Below, one piece after another: positions 13,150 to 25,135 of a stretch of 64,000 nt of DNA. Under the pieces are notes generated by a model. It was not told the DNA's origin. It did not search any database and worked only from the letters and a program-made list of their open reading frames with translations. Within the stretch, counting starts at the first letter, position 1; the number at the start of each line of letters is the position of its first letter. Position numbers and translations under genes: made by a program. The stretch spans positions 186,001 through 250,000 of the forward strand of contig ML996706.1 in NCBI GenBank assembly GCA_010356995.1. The letters are read 5' to 3'. The stretch comes from Trichodelitschia bisporula. Lineage: Eukaryota.

Positions 13150-15799
13150 CTACCCGCTCAGCGCCAAACAAGCATCAACCGCCTGCTCCACCCTGTACGC
13201 GTCAGCATCCGCCCCACCACTCACAAGGCAGGCAGCACTTACCGTCCCTCCTTCTCCCGCACAACATCGGCAATGATTTCTCGATCCAAGTCGGGGAACA
13301 TTCCGCAGAGCCGCTCGACTAGATGTCCTTCCTTCCTAAGGCGCACCTTGCGTGCTTCCTCTGTGTCCATGCTGGCTTGACGTATAACCTGTTCGTCGCT
13401 CAGCTGCGGCGGCGGTTGTAGGCCGGGGGAGGGCGCGCCGCGCCGCGTCTCTGCGCTACGGCGCACTTCGTCCGAGCCGCGCGGCGTGGAGGCCAGCACT
13501 GGGCTTGCGAGGCTCGTCTTGTCGCGGTCAAGCGCTCGGTCCGCCGCGCCCGCGTCGTCGGAGAACATGCGGCCGATAGTTGAGAGGGGGCGCTGGATAG
13601 TGCGGAGGAGGCCCGCCACAGCCGCGTTGTCAGTGGGTTCGGCTTCGTCGTCTGAGCGGGGGAAGGAGGTGTTGGCGCTTGGGTTGCGGGAGTGACCGCG
13701 GTGGGGGAGGGAGCGCTCTGCGTCGAGGGAGTTGCGCGGTGTGACTTCGGGGCGGGATATAGTGGATTTTTCGCTCACTGCGAGATGTGGGGAGATGCTG
13801 CGCTGCTTGGAGTCGGATTCTGCTTGCGCGGCGAGATGGCGCTGTTCTTCCATGGAGTGCCGCTCGGCGATGGCGGAGACGGCGGCTTCGACGTTCTTTT
13901 CGAAGTCGGCGTCGGAGACGGTTAGGGAGGTACGGTCTAGATTCTCGATGAATTGGATTGCTCCCATCTGGATGGTTTAGCGTAACTTCACTTGGCCAGC
14001 TTCGCTTGGCTTACCAAGGAGGAAATATAGTAGCCAGCCTCGCCGCCGAGTTTATCCTGATTGCGGAAGTGCAAGATATACTGCACGTTTGAGACGAGGT
14101 GATCAGGGTTCGCTTGGAGGACGATGTATATTAGTAGTGGAATGAAGGAATCTGCCGATTGATCATGTTGAGCATTCCGCAAGAAGCCTGTTTGCTATCA
14201 GCTAAGCACGATATGAAGTTGTTTGGAGTTGCAAACCAAATATGACTTTGCAGCAGTTGAGAATGCAGATAACCTTGTCTCGCGGAGCTCGGTAGCTGTT
14301 GATTTTGGACAACTCTGCACCACGAGTTAGCAGATATGTCAAGGTAGAGGCGTTTAGCTACCTTGCTGAGCTAAAGTCAAAAACTTCTTGCCCTTCTCTC
14401 CAACAGGGGGAATATCCAAGTGCTCCTCTTTGATCCATCCATAGATGCGAACTTTTTGCGCGAGGACCTCATCCCTCTCTACATCTTCTTGGTGCTGTCC
14501 TCTCCGGCCGGGCTTAGCTGGGTCCGAAGCTCCCTGACCTCTCCTCCTGCCTTTTCCACGTACTGGTTCTGGTGCTGGAATGGCGGGCGAAAATGTTTGA
14601 GTGTAGAGGCGGTTCATCACCAGCTTCTCCATGCCCTCCCGAGCATTGTCAAACTCAGCATCAGATACGGTACGCCAGACCTCACACTGGGCCATCTTCT
14701 TGGTGATGAACTCAAGGAAGTCGCTGATGATCTTCACTTGCTCATGGACCATCCATTGCTTCTTGCCGAATTCCAGCAAGAACGAGCGCAGATATTTGGC
14801 AACTGGGTCGGCTGTACGGTGCCGTAACTGTTCAAGGAAGCGATGGAAGTCAAAGGGGAGGTCTGGTTCGGGGTCAGGCTGAGGTGGAGGCGGAATGTGT
14901 CTGGTCGCCGGAGGGCTTATGGGCGACTCTGGTAGTTCGTGAGAGATGCTCTGTCTCTTCAGTGACAGAACAGGGCTTGATGGTGTCAGTGATGATGATC
15001 GCGGTGGCGGAGACTGCATAGCCGTGTGGATACTTGGAGTTTCCCCCGGTGAGATAGGCGGACCATGAGTCGAGAGTGGCTCCAGGCTGGATTTACGAGG
15101 TGGGTGTTGAGCACCAGATCCTAGTAGTGGACTCGCAATTTCCATGCGAGGAGACATAATCTCGTCTGGCCCCGGGCCTCCCATGCCATCTTCGAACTGA
15201 TCCATTATGCTCTGGATTTCTGATTGTGAGTCGTCAAACACTTCGTCACCGTTAGGCTCTGCTTCCGCCGCCTTAAGAGCCTCCTTTTCCTCGTCGACGG
15301 CTTCTGCTCTTTCCTTCCCTTTGTGTGAGGTTATGTACTTCTCGTCTTTCGGGGGCGGTGGGGGCGGGGATGGTGAATGGACGTCGTCTTGCACTGGGAC
15401 TGATGGTGCGGGTGACTGAGGACGTTCACGGAGATCAGATTTCCCTTGGACTTTCGTGGTAGTGTCAACAGTGTCCTTAGAGGGGTCATTGGGTTCATAT
15501 CCTCCGCCGGCAGGCGGGGTCTTCCCGCTACCAGACACCGGTTTCTCCTCGCTACCAGATACCGGCTTCTCCATGGTTTCCAAGCGCTTGCTGTCCCCGC
15601 CCTCCTGCTGGGAATCTTTTGATATTATCTCTCGATCATCGCGGGCAGAAGTGGTAGGTATTTGCTCCGGGGGAGCCACGAGTTCTGTTGTATGAGCCTC
15701 TGAGGGTTCAGTTACCCGAGTGGGCTCTGGAGATTGTGTTGGTGGCGTCGGCGCCTGCGATAAATGATCCTGGTGCTTCGGCTCATGCAAAGACGACAT
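13150..15799 (-). CDS. VPS9: Vps9-domain Rab5 GEF with C-terminal CUE domain
   Basis: FDFHRFLEQLR, EGMEKLVMNRLY, SADSFIPLLIYIVLQANP and GEAGYY. The CUE domain reads MFPDLDREIIADVV...AVDACLAL. Several introns are present. Confidence 0.93.
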
Positions 15800-16235
15800 G
15801 GGAGGAGTGGTTTAAAGAGAGCGAAAGCATGAGAAATGGGGGTGAGAAGGGAGGAAGCAGAAGAAGCTCGTGTGTTTAGGGACTGTTCGTAGGAGCTTAG
15901 GTCAAATGACGCCTCCTGTTGCTTCGTGGGCTGGGGTTGGGCGTTGGAACGAGGTCATGATGCTTGTGCCGCACCCGTGCGGGCCTGGTCCGTTCTGCCA
16001 AGCAGGCACAACCCCGCGTTGCACGCGAGACACAAAAGCTCCGACTTCCTTCTTGACGCGTCAAACTTCAACTGTCAACGCTCAACCTCAACCCCTAAAG
16101 ATCACCAACTTTTACGTCATACGCTGTATCGACACTTTCGTCCCTATTAGTCTAGCCTGCAACTGTATTCCGTTCCCTCCTGGAGACCTTTCTTACCTGT
16201 TCGCAGCCTTTAGCAACAGTGACGAGCTTCGTTCA

Positions 16236-18071
16236 ATGTGTGGTATCTTCTGTGCCGTGAGCTGCCACGGCTTCAAAACTCCATCAGATCGCACACTTTC
16301 TTCGCTGAAGCAACGTGGGCCGGACAGTCTTCAAGAGCACCGAGTACGAATCCCTACTACGCACAATGGAGATGGAAAGCCAGTTTACGTCACATTTGTC
16401 GCCTCTGTCCTCTCATTGCGTGGAGCAAAGACTGTTCCTCAGCCACTCGTCGATGAATCATCCGGATGCATTTTCTGCTGGAATGGCGAGGCCTGGGAAA
16501 TAAAAGGATGGAGCATAAACGGAAATGACACGATTGTCGTATTCGAGCTGCTGATACAAGCCGCAAGGACCGGAGGTCAACATGCTGTGCTCCGTGCTCT
16601 GGCTGAAATCTACGGACCTTACGCCTTCGTCTTCTACAATGCTTGGGATCAGAGTCTCTACTATGCCCGAGATGGTCTGGGAAGACGTTCTCTTCTCAAA
16701 TGTTTTGACGACGATGGGGACATGATAATTTCCAGCGTCTGCGACCTGACCACATCCGGTCAATGGCTGGAGGTTGAGGCAGATGGAATTTACATCGCAG
16801 ATCTGGCCCTAGCGCACGTTGATGAGCCCAATTCTTTAAGACTTCTCGAAATCCCTTGCAAGCCGTTTACGTTGCTTGACAGTTCAAGCTCAGAGGCTAA
16901 CGTTGTGGTCAGTTCAATTCCAATACCATAGGTGGGACAACTAAAGTGCTTCAACAGCCTCTACCATATCCAAGTATAAACAAAGACACCTCACTACCCT
17001 CATCCTTCGCCCTCCGCACCGGGTCAGCACCTGTTGTCGAACTTGAACACTTTCTCGACAGATCTCTTAGGCATCGAATCAAGCAAATCCACGAGCCGGG
17101 GGTCATAAAAGATAACTCCGATGCCCATATCGCTATTCTCTTTTCCGGTGGTCTCGATTGCACAGTGTTGGCACGCTTGACACATGTAATTCTGCCACCA
17201 GATGAGCGCGTAGACCTTATCAATGTTGCATTTCAAAATCCGCGGGTGCACAAATCCGACTGTCCATATGAAGAATGCCCTGACCGCATCACCGCACGAT
17301 CCTCCTACGAGGAGCTCCAGCGCGCCTGTCCAGGTCGTCGGTTTAGGCTAATCTGCGTCAATGTCCCGTATGCAGAGACCCTCTCCCATCGGCAACAGGT
17401 CATCGACCTCATGCACCCTCACAATACAGAGATGGATCTGTCCATCTCCCTTGCACTCTACTTTGCCTCGCGCGGTGCTGGGGTTGTGGATCAAGAAGGC
17501 CTGCAAATCCCCTGCACTACTGCAGCTCGAGTCTTGCTCTCTGGACTTGGCGCAGACGAACTGTTTGCAGGGTATCAGCGACACGCCCTCGCCTTTGAGC
17601 GTCGGGGGCTTGATGGCCTCATAGCGGAACTGGAGCTCGATTTCGGACGGCTAGGAAAACGGAACTTGGGACGCGATGACAGGATTATCAGCCACTGGGG
17701 CAAAGAAGCGCGATACCCCTTTCTGGACGAAAGTCTCGTGGCTTGGGCCATGAGGGTTCCTGTTTGGCATAAGTGCGGTTTCGGTTCTCTAGGCATCAGG
17801 GGCATGTTCGCTGAAAACGATGAACCATTGCCTGAACGAGTCCCCGATCCCTGGGACTTGGAACCTGGCAAGCAGGTACTAAGACTACTGGCTTATGCGC
17901 TGGGTTTGCCCGGGGTATCGAAGGAGAAGAAACGAGCGGTATGTCTTTTGTCTCTATCCTTTTCGTCGAATACGGTTGCTCACGTTTTTTGTTCCTGTCC
18001 AGATCCAATTTGGCGCTCGGACTGCGAAGATGGAAATTGGCCGATCAAAGGGCACGCAGCTGCTCTCGTAA
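16236..18071 (+). CDS. Asparagine synthetase domain-containing protein (ASNSD1/YML096W-like)
   Basis: Ntn-amidotransferase start MCGIF, then RGPDS, WNGE, ILFSGGLDC, LLSGLGADELFAGY, RNLGRDDR and KKRAIQFGAR. Introns at 16908-16957 and 17939-18002. Confidence 0.92.
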
Positions 18072-18941
18072 TGACTCCACGACCATCAGCTCCATGTATT
18101 CTCAAACCGAGAAGTCTATTGCTTTCGCTTTTCCATGTCAGAGCCAATGCTACGAACCGCGAGATAGAATCCTGGACAAAGCTGTCCTGGCCACGATGAT
18201 GACGAGATGCGAAAGCGTCTTTCTGTTCAGATACTTGTGAGAACATGCTCCGCGTCACTTGGATTTGGGTATGAAGCTCATGTGGTATGCCCGCTCTGGT
18301 TTGGCACAAGCTAAGCCGGGTTTGTCTACCCTTGAATACTCAAGTTTGAGGCGCAGGGGCGTTCCGTGATCGAGTTAAAAGGCAAGTCTGAGTGGCTACA
18401 GCGATCATTGGGCTCTATGGAGAAGTCTCTTCTGTGGTAGACTAGGGATTGCTTTAGTCCCGATGCGCGATGGACCCAAAATGGTAAAGAACTCCGTGGG
18501 CATTGGTTCTCGAGCACACTCAAGCCCCTGAATACAGTCAACTATGTCACTGGTCCATCAGTCACTTCACACACGAGTGTACAATCCACCCATCCGGTGC
18601 GTCAAAGAGAACCCCTCGTATTATTACCCCCGCTCGCCCAAGCCAAACGAGCGTCAAGCGCAGTATCGGGTATCACGCATCTCAAAGCAGGAGGCCCAAC
18701 CCCAAGCCGCCGACCCGCAACCATCCAAAAAAACCAAATGTCAAACCAACCCAAGGCCCAGACCAATGCCATAAACGCCATCCCAAGTGCAGCCAGATTA
18801 ATCTACGCAGGATTCCAAGCATGATTTCCCGAGCACGATGGCCCACTGCGCCGTCCGATCACGTGAGGTCCCCTACCCCGCCATTCCCAGGGCCCGCACC
18901 CCGCATCGCGCCATGCCCACGAGGTCTCCTCCTCGCCTACT

Positions 18942-19106
18942 CTAACCGCCCGCTTTGCAATCCGGGCATTGCGAGCCGCGGGGGTAGTAGCGCTGGTGGA
19001 CGGCGCAGTAGGCGGGCATGCCAGCGTCGGCTGTTTGGGGTGGAGTGATGTTGGCGCGGGGCGCGGGGCCGCTGGGCGGGTTAGGGCTTGAATCTGAAGT
19101 GCACAT
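18942..19106 (-). CDS. Putative 54-aa zinc-ribbon microprotein
   Basis: MCTSDSSPNPPSGPAPRANITPPQTADAGMPAYCAVHQRYYPRGSQCPDCKAGG*. It has a CACAATG start context, TATAAAA about 150 nt upstream, and C-ending codon bias. Confidence 0.5.
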   Translation of the reverse strand: MCTSDSSPNPPSGPAPRANITPPQTADAGMPAYCAVHQRYYPRGSQCPDCKAGG

Positions 19107-19777
19107 TGTGTGTGTTGTGTGTGCTTCGGCGAAGTCGAAGTCGCTTGTGGATGGGGCTCCAGGTACCGGTTTGGGAAGCTGAATCGTTGGTGTGCTTCTG
19201 GTACTGCAGATGGTATTGTGGTGGAGAATGGAAGACCATCTGCTCGAGGACTTTTTATAAGGGTGGCATAGTGAAGCTTGAAGAGTGAACGTTGCGTGGT
19301 GCTTGATGGTTCGTGAGCGAGGGGATGGCGGGGGTGGGTGTTAAGTTCGCGGGCGTGAATAGTGATAAGTAGTTCTAGTGGTGAACATTACGAATATAGA
19401 GCGGCTTCGGTGCGACTTGGAATTGGTGGAGGTAGCACGCGCGGGGCATGCATTATATCCGACAGTTATTAGGCCGTTGAGTGGAGGACGCAGTTGTTGG
19501 ATGCAGAGCATGGGCGTTTGCGCCCAAGGTCGAGCCTTTTTCTTTTCTCGTGCACCCGGTGAGCCGGTGCTGCAGTTTGTTTCCGTCGGGAGGGGAGGGC
19601 GGGGGCGGCATGCCGATGCCAAGATGAGGGAGGGGTGGTCGGGAGGGGGAAGGGTAAGCGGAGCCGAAGGCTTGTGAAACAAAGAACAAAGAGTAAAGGC
19701 AAACGAAAGACAAGATGGATATCATACGCGCCGTCTATGACGAATGCCCTTCTGTAGAGAGCTCAACATCTTGACAG

Positions 19778-20874
19778 TCATGCCGCATCCGTACTACCAG
19801 CCAGCTCTGTCTCCAGTTTCCGTAGCAGTCGGAGGACGCTTCGCAGCCCTTGTAAAATATTCTCATCCGGCCCGAGACCAGGCGTCCAAGTCGCGTGCGC
19901 GAAGTCAATGACCTTGAGCGCATGGGACTTTTTCGCCGGCACCTCATCTTCCTCATCTTCCTCTTCATCAGCTTCATCTTCGTCATCTTCCTCCTTTACC
20001 GACTTGGGCGGTGCCTCAAGCGCCTCCTTGAGTGCACCGGGGTTTCCTTCGTATACAAAAAGCAGGGAAGCCGAGTACATCCTGCTCTCCTTCTTCTCCA
20101 GCATGGCCAAAACCTCCTCTACTTCGTCCGCAAACGCGCGCACAACAGGAAGGATCGCAGCGGGGCGCACACCCGCCTTCGGCACAACGAAATATGTACG
20201 CAACGCGCTCAGGGCGTCCTCGGTTGGCACGCTCCGTCCATAGAACTTGTTAAAAACAAGCACATTCTCGCTCTGATCCAGCTCTGCAACCTTGGTATCC
20301 TTCCCCTCAACCGGGGCAAGGAGCTCCTTCGTTGCTGACGCCTCCTCGCCCTGCCATACGCGCATGCCCGCCACACGAAAGCCAAGCGAGCCGCTCGTCG
20401 TCGAGCTAGCGACAGCATCTAGCCTCGCTCGCTTCTCCGGCTTCGTGTCATCATCCCACAGCCGCGCCCCGAGTTTGAGGTCTAGGATATTCGGCCGCAC
20501 GAAGCCCGCGGCCACGTTCTCGAGCACGATGCACTGGTCCGTTTCCAGGGCCTTACCCTTAAGGCGCATACCAGGTTCGGCATTGTCGCCAGGAAGAGGG
20601 GTGGGGTCGGTGGGAGGTGTGCGCTGGAGTTGCAGTGTGCCCATGAAGCGCGGCATGAAGTAGGCGAACTCGGGGTGCGTAGTGAGGGCAGATTCGTAGA
20701 AGCTTACTTCTGCTGCCGTACACGGCTTGATGACCAGCTCACCGCTCTCATCGGAAAGTACGCCCTCACTGGGTTGGATTAGCGATGTTTATAGGGAGGG
20801 GCTGGGGATGCGGACTGGCCAGCTGCGGCATTGCCGTAAGCTGTGAAGGTTTTAGGGTCGAAAGGTGCAGCCAT
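19778..20874 (-). CDS. IPK2: Inositol polyphosphate multikinase (Arg82/Ipk2 family)
   Basis: AAGHEG is formed across intron 20815-20770. Further motifs: IKPC..EVSFYE, PNILDLKLGARLW (PxxxDxKxG), SASLLFVYEG and VIDFAHA. Confidence 0.88.
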
Positions 20875-21675
20875 TGGGGTTCGCGAGTGGTGTAAGAAGT
20901 TACGTTAGGGTCAGGGAGTGCGAGTGCGGGGGTTCTGATGTCGAGTCAATGAGTTGAGGTGGTAGTTAAAGTCTATCATGGTGGCTGGGGAACTCGCTGA
21001 TTTTGGCCTAAGGGGGGAAATTCCAAGACTGCGAGGCCATATCTTTCAGATAGCCGGCTTAGCACTGCCTTGGCAAGCAAACAGTTCCCCGCCATCTGTG
21101 GTGGGTCAACAGAGGGCAAACTTGGCAAGCCACCAGGGTACTTTTGAGGGTTGGCGGGGGACGATCGTAAGGCTGAGGTTTAGCGACTCCTATGGTAAAC
21201 GTGAGCGAGATCCATCCCAAGTTTCGTTGTCCAGTTGATACGTCGCGACGCTACTGCAAAAAGATGCGTATTCCAGATTATCTATGTACGGTACAGATGA
21301 CATGTCGTCATGGCGTCCTGTTTGCTCTACTGGAAAAGATACGTAGATGCCGATAACCGCTACAAAATGAGGAAGGCGCGACCCCTCAAAAGAGCAATCG
21401 ACGATAAACAACCAGCAATCTTAGCAGCAAACTGTCACTCTTTCCCAGACCGCGGGAGCTTGTTGCTGCTTGGCTGCCGGCAACAACTTGCGAGCGCAGC
21501 ACTTTCTCTAGGTTGAGGACAACTGACGCCGCCGCTCCTTTGCATCCACCTTTTCACCTTCAACCATCACTCCAGAAAAGCTTCTCCAACTTCTTTGTCG
21601 GCTACACACTTTCACTGTCTACGCGCCGTCCCGTTTTCTTCAGTCACTAAGGGTACTCCCGAAAAGACCGCAAAC

Positions 21676-23732
21676 ATGGGCGACCGCGCTCACGTCGACT
21701 CTGAGCTCCTCTCCTACAACCAATCACCTCCTGTGCCTTTCAAGACTGTGGAGGAGGAGGCACAGAAGCTCGAGGACAAAGCAGATCACCTTAAGGTACT
21801 TACATCCGACCTTGAGGCCGAGGCGTCCGCAACCGAGGCGACGATTCATCAGCTGGAGGAGAAGAAAGATGAAGCCGGAGCAGAGATCGAAACGAAGGAC
21901 ACCCTCGAAACTACACCCGAAAAGCTCGACTTAGAGACGGTGCGGTTCGAATCTCTGGAGATTCGTGCCCGCGAGCTTGACCGCAAGCTCCTGGCTAGCG
22001 TCCGTGAAGTCATTGAGCACCCCCAAGGTGATGAGATCCGCAGACAGGTTGAGTTTTACTTCTCGGACGAGAACCTTCCGACGGACAAGCACATGCTCAA
22101 GCTGTGTGGCGGCTCGAAGAATCTCCCCGTTTCGTTGAACCAGATCTGCGGCTTTAAGAGGATGCGCCGCTTCAAGCCGCGTTCGCAGGTCGTGGCTGCC
22201 TTGCGCAAGAGCGAGTTCCTTGAAGTTGTGGACACCAAGCAAATTCGTCGTAGGGTTCCTATCGTCTTGGAAAACGAGGAAGAGATGGACCTAGAGCCAC
22301 CGAAGAATCATCGCCCGTACCACGTTTCCAAGGAGAAGCCGACGGGCTTTGAGAACTTCTACGCCGACACGCCCGTCACACCTGCCGAGTACGAGATAGA
22401 GCAGAGCATGTATTCTGAAAATTCCCATCCCGCTGAGTAAGAGCCCAACATCTTCTATCCTCCTTTTTGTGCTAACCCCGTTAGGCGCATCGAATATGCC
22501 ATTCAGCGGTACAAGTCCAAGCGCAAGTTCAACGAGAAGCATTCTGCCTACTTCAACGAATGGCTCAATTTTGGCGGTGTAACCTCAGGCCCGCGCCAGT
22601 TTGGCGCTATCGACCCAAAAGAGATGCAGGAGATGGACGCCGCGGAAATCGCTGCGGCAAAAGCTACTCACTTCGTCGGCGACGACAGGCAAGATCCGAG
22701 CATGTGGAGGCTCGACTTCGTAGGAGTTGCGCAGGCCTACCTGTGAGTTTGGAAAGAAAACATACATCTTTGGCGTAGGCTCACATATCTAGGTCGTCAG
22801 CTTGGACCTCCAATCACTTCGACTTGAGCGATGAGGACGTCGAGCTCATGACGCGCATCATGACCAACTTCTACAACTACCTGCTGCATCATGATGTCTG
22901 TCCGGAGTATAAAGAGGATATCCTGGCCGCTCGCGAGGTCTGTGTCCAAGCCAAGGAAGAACTGGGTGCTATTCGCCAAATCTTTACCAAACTCCCGGGC
23001 GCCTTCAACAAGGCGTGCTCGATTCTGTTCAGTGACGGTTCCACCTCCTCTCGCAACTATGACATTCTTCCCGACGACGACGAGACTGCTGTCCAGACTG
23101 TGATGAACATGGGGAGTGCTCGCGTGACGTTCATGACGGCCATTGGTGCACTCGGTGACGAGGCCATGTTCGAGGCGATCTCGTCGCCAACCCAGAAAGT
23201 CAAGGCCAACGAAGTCATAGAATTTGACAGCAGTGGGTGGGTCTCCCGGTTCACAGTCGGCAAGGATGTTTGGGTCGGACTGGAAGTTGTCAGCACACAC
23301 GTCCCGGACGAAGAGACAATGGCCTTCTACGCTGTACAGGACACCGCCTCCGGCACGGCGTCGCTCAAGCCGCTCGGCGAGCTGGAGTGTCGGTTCTGGA
23401 AACAGCCGACGTTCGAGGAGATGGACTTGCCGGAGGGGTGTGATCCGTACTCCGATGTACCAAAGGAGGTCACGCTGTGGCTCGAGGAGGACATCCTGGA
23501 GCACTTTGCGGAGGGGATGAAGATTCGTGCATGCATTCGCCGCCTGGAGGTTGGCGGGGAGGGCATCTGGTACCTTGAGCAAATGGTTAACGTCTGGTGC
23601 TCGTTCTTTAAGCTCATTCCCAATGAACTGGCGCTGGAGATGAAGTGGCGCGAGCCGAGGCATCTCAACGACGAGCAAGAGAGGGATGAGGTGAAGCGTG
23701 AGATGGAGGGAGGCGCCTACGACTCTAACTAA
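21676..23732 (+). CDS. ARB1: La-motif + Argonaute-binding protein Arb1-like protein
   Basis: La motif IRRQVEFYFSDENLPTDKHM...FKRMRRF. Arb1-type motifs PTGFENFYADTPVTPAEY, RIEYAIQRY and NFYNYLLHHDVCPEY. Introns at 22437-22484 and 22743-22792. Confidence 0.82.
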
Positions 23733-24935
23733 GAGTAGGGTGGTGGAAGATTTGCTTAGTTCTTCATGCTTGATGGACGATGGTGCTTGTTCGATTCATG
23801 GGGAATATGTACTCTGTAGGCATAGGATACTTTCCCCACGAGCCGAGTTAGCCATCGTAGACTTTGAGAGAGAACATAGGTACAAGTAAACCTTAGGCTC
23901 ACAAAAATGCAATGCTCAACGGTATCTTGAACTTTGCGCTTCATGAGATGTTGTCGCTCAAGCCAAGCATCCCGATCTCGGCAAGGCTGAAGCCTTGCGA
24001 CCGGGCGGAGAAGCCTCTCCAAGCGCACCGCACTTTTCCCGAGCCACCCCAACCACTATTTCGCCCCCCTCATAACCCGAGTCAGGCTTCTCTATAACGT
24101 GCATGTATTTTACCTCTCCGCCCAAAAAAAAACGCAGATAGGTATACGTCACCTCCATACGGTAACTCCGACCACTCAATCAATCAACCACACAGTCCGA
24201 CCACGATACCATTCCCAAGTCGGTCCCTGACCCCCCTCACACCCGCCCAGCTGCACATAGTACCCTCCCCCCCTCCCCCTTCCCGGTCCTCGGCCCACCA
24301 CTTCGGTACGCCGCCCACCCGCCCCCGCCCGCGAACCGCTTAGCTCAGGTACACACTCCCATCCGAATTACGGATTAGAATAAGCAATGCCATTTCCTCG
24401 GCCTAGACGTATCGCACGAAGCCGTCGCCCGTCCGGCCTCACCCGTACGTGCTCCACGGTGGATAGGCCGGCAGACGGGTTGAAGGGGAGGAGGTGGAAT
24501 GGGCCTCGGCGCGCGTATCTAGCGGAAACGTGCTCGGGGCGTGCGGGCGCTATAGCGCGGAGCGTATAAGGCGGAGGAGAGGGTTGGCTAGATGGAGTTT
24601 GCGCGCACTGCGTCCGGAAGATGCTGCTGAATGGCGTGTCGGATAGACGGGGGGTAGGGCTGGGGCTGGGAGGGGTGGAGGAGGCTAGGGGTGGAAAAAC
24701 GTGATGGGTACTATGGGGAGTGTTGGTGCGCGGGGTGATCGCCAGTGCCTTATGGGGGGGTGGGTGGGATGGCGTCGGATTGAGTGAGGGCTGCTGGCTG
24801 CTGGCGGGTTAGGTTGGCAGTGGGGAGGCTGCGGGCGTGTGGTTAGCCTCGAGGGGCGTGGTGGTGGTGTGCGGGTAGAGGGTTGATACACGTGGTGCGG
24901 TGTGAAACGCCGGGGCTGGCGGGTACCTGCTTTTT

Positions 24936-25135
24936 GCCTCGCGGAGCGGGATCGGTAACGGGCGATCACGATCGTGATCTCAGGCGTGTGAAGAAGCGAG
25001 CGACCACCTCCGGGAAGACCAGCGCCCGTAGTGCACTTTCCTGGAAGCCTCGGGACGGATACACGCCAGGGAGGAGTGGGCAGGTGTGGTAGGCTCTTTC
25101 GGCAGACCGGGGCTGCTCGAGGTCCCCCACGAGGC
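24936..25135 (-). ncRNA. Candidate structured non-coding RNA (exon 1 of a spliced, ATG-poor transcript)
   Basis: An 11-bp 5'/3' closing helix has G-U pairs only on the minus strand. A TATA box lies upstream, and a consensus-like intron at 24926-24829 follows immediately. Confidence 0.3.

Noticed and set aside
15870..16235. In-frame N-terminal extension of the ASNSD1-like gene
   Set aside because: Ntn-amidotransferases need Cys at position 2 (MCGIF), and the extension overlaps the divergent promoter shared with VPS9.
19763..19780. IPK2 stop context TGA-CTG with short extension L-S-R-C, a possible cryptic PTS1 by readthrough
   Set aside because: SRC is not a PTS1 tripeptide, and the context is not the TGA-CTA motif.
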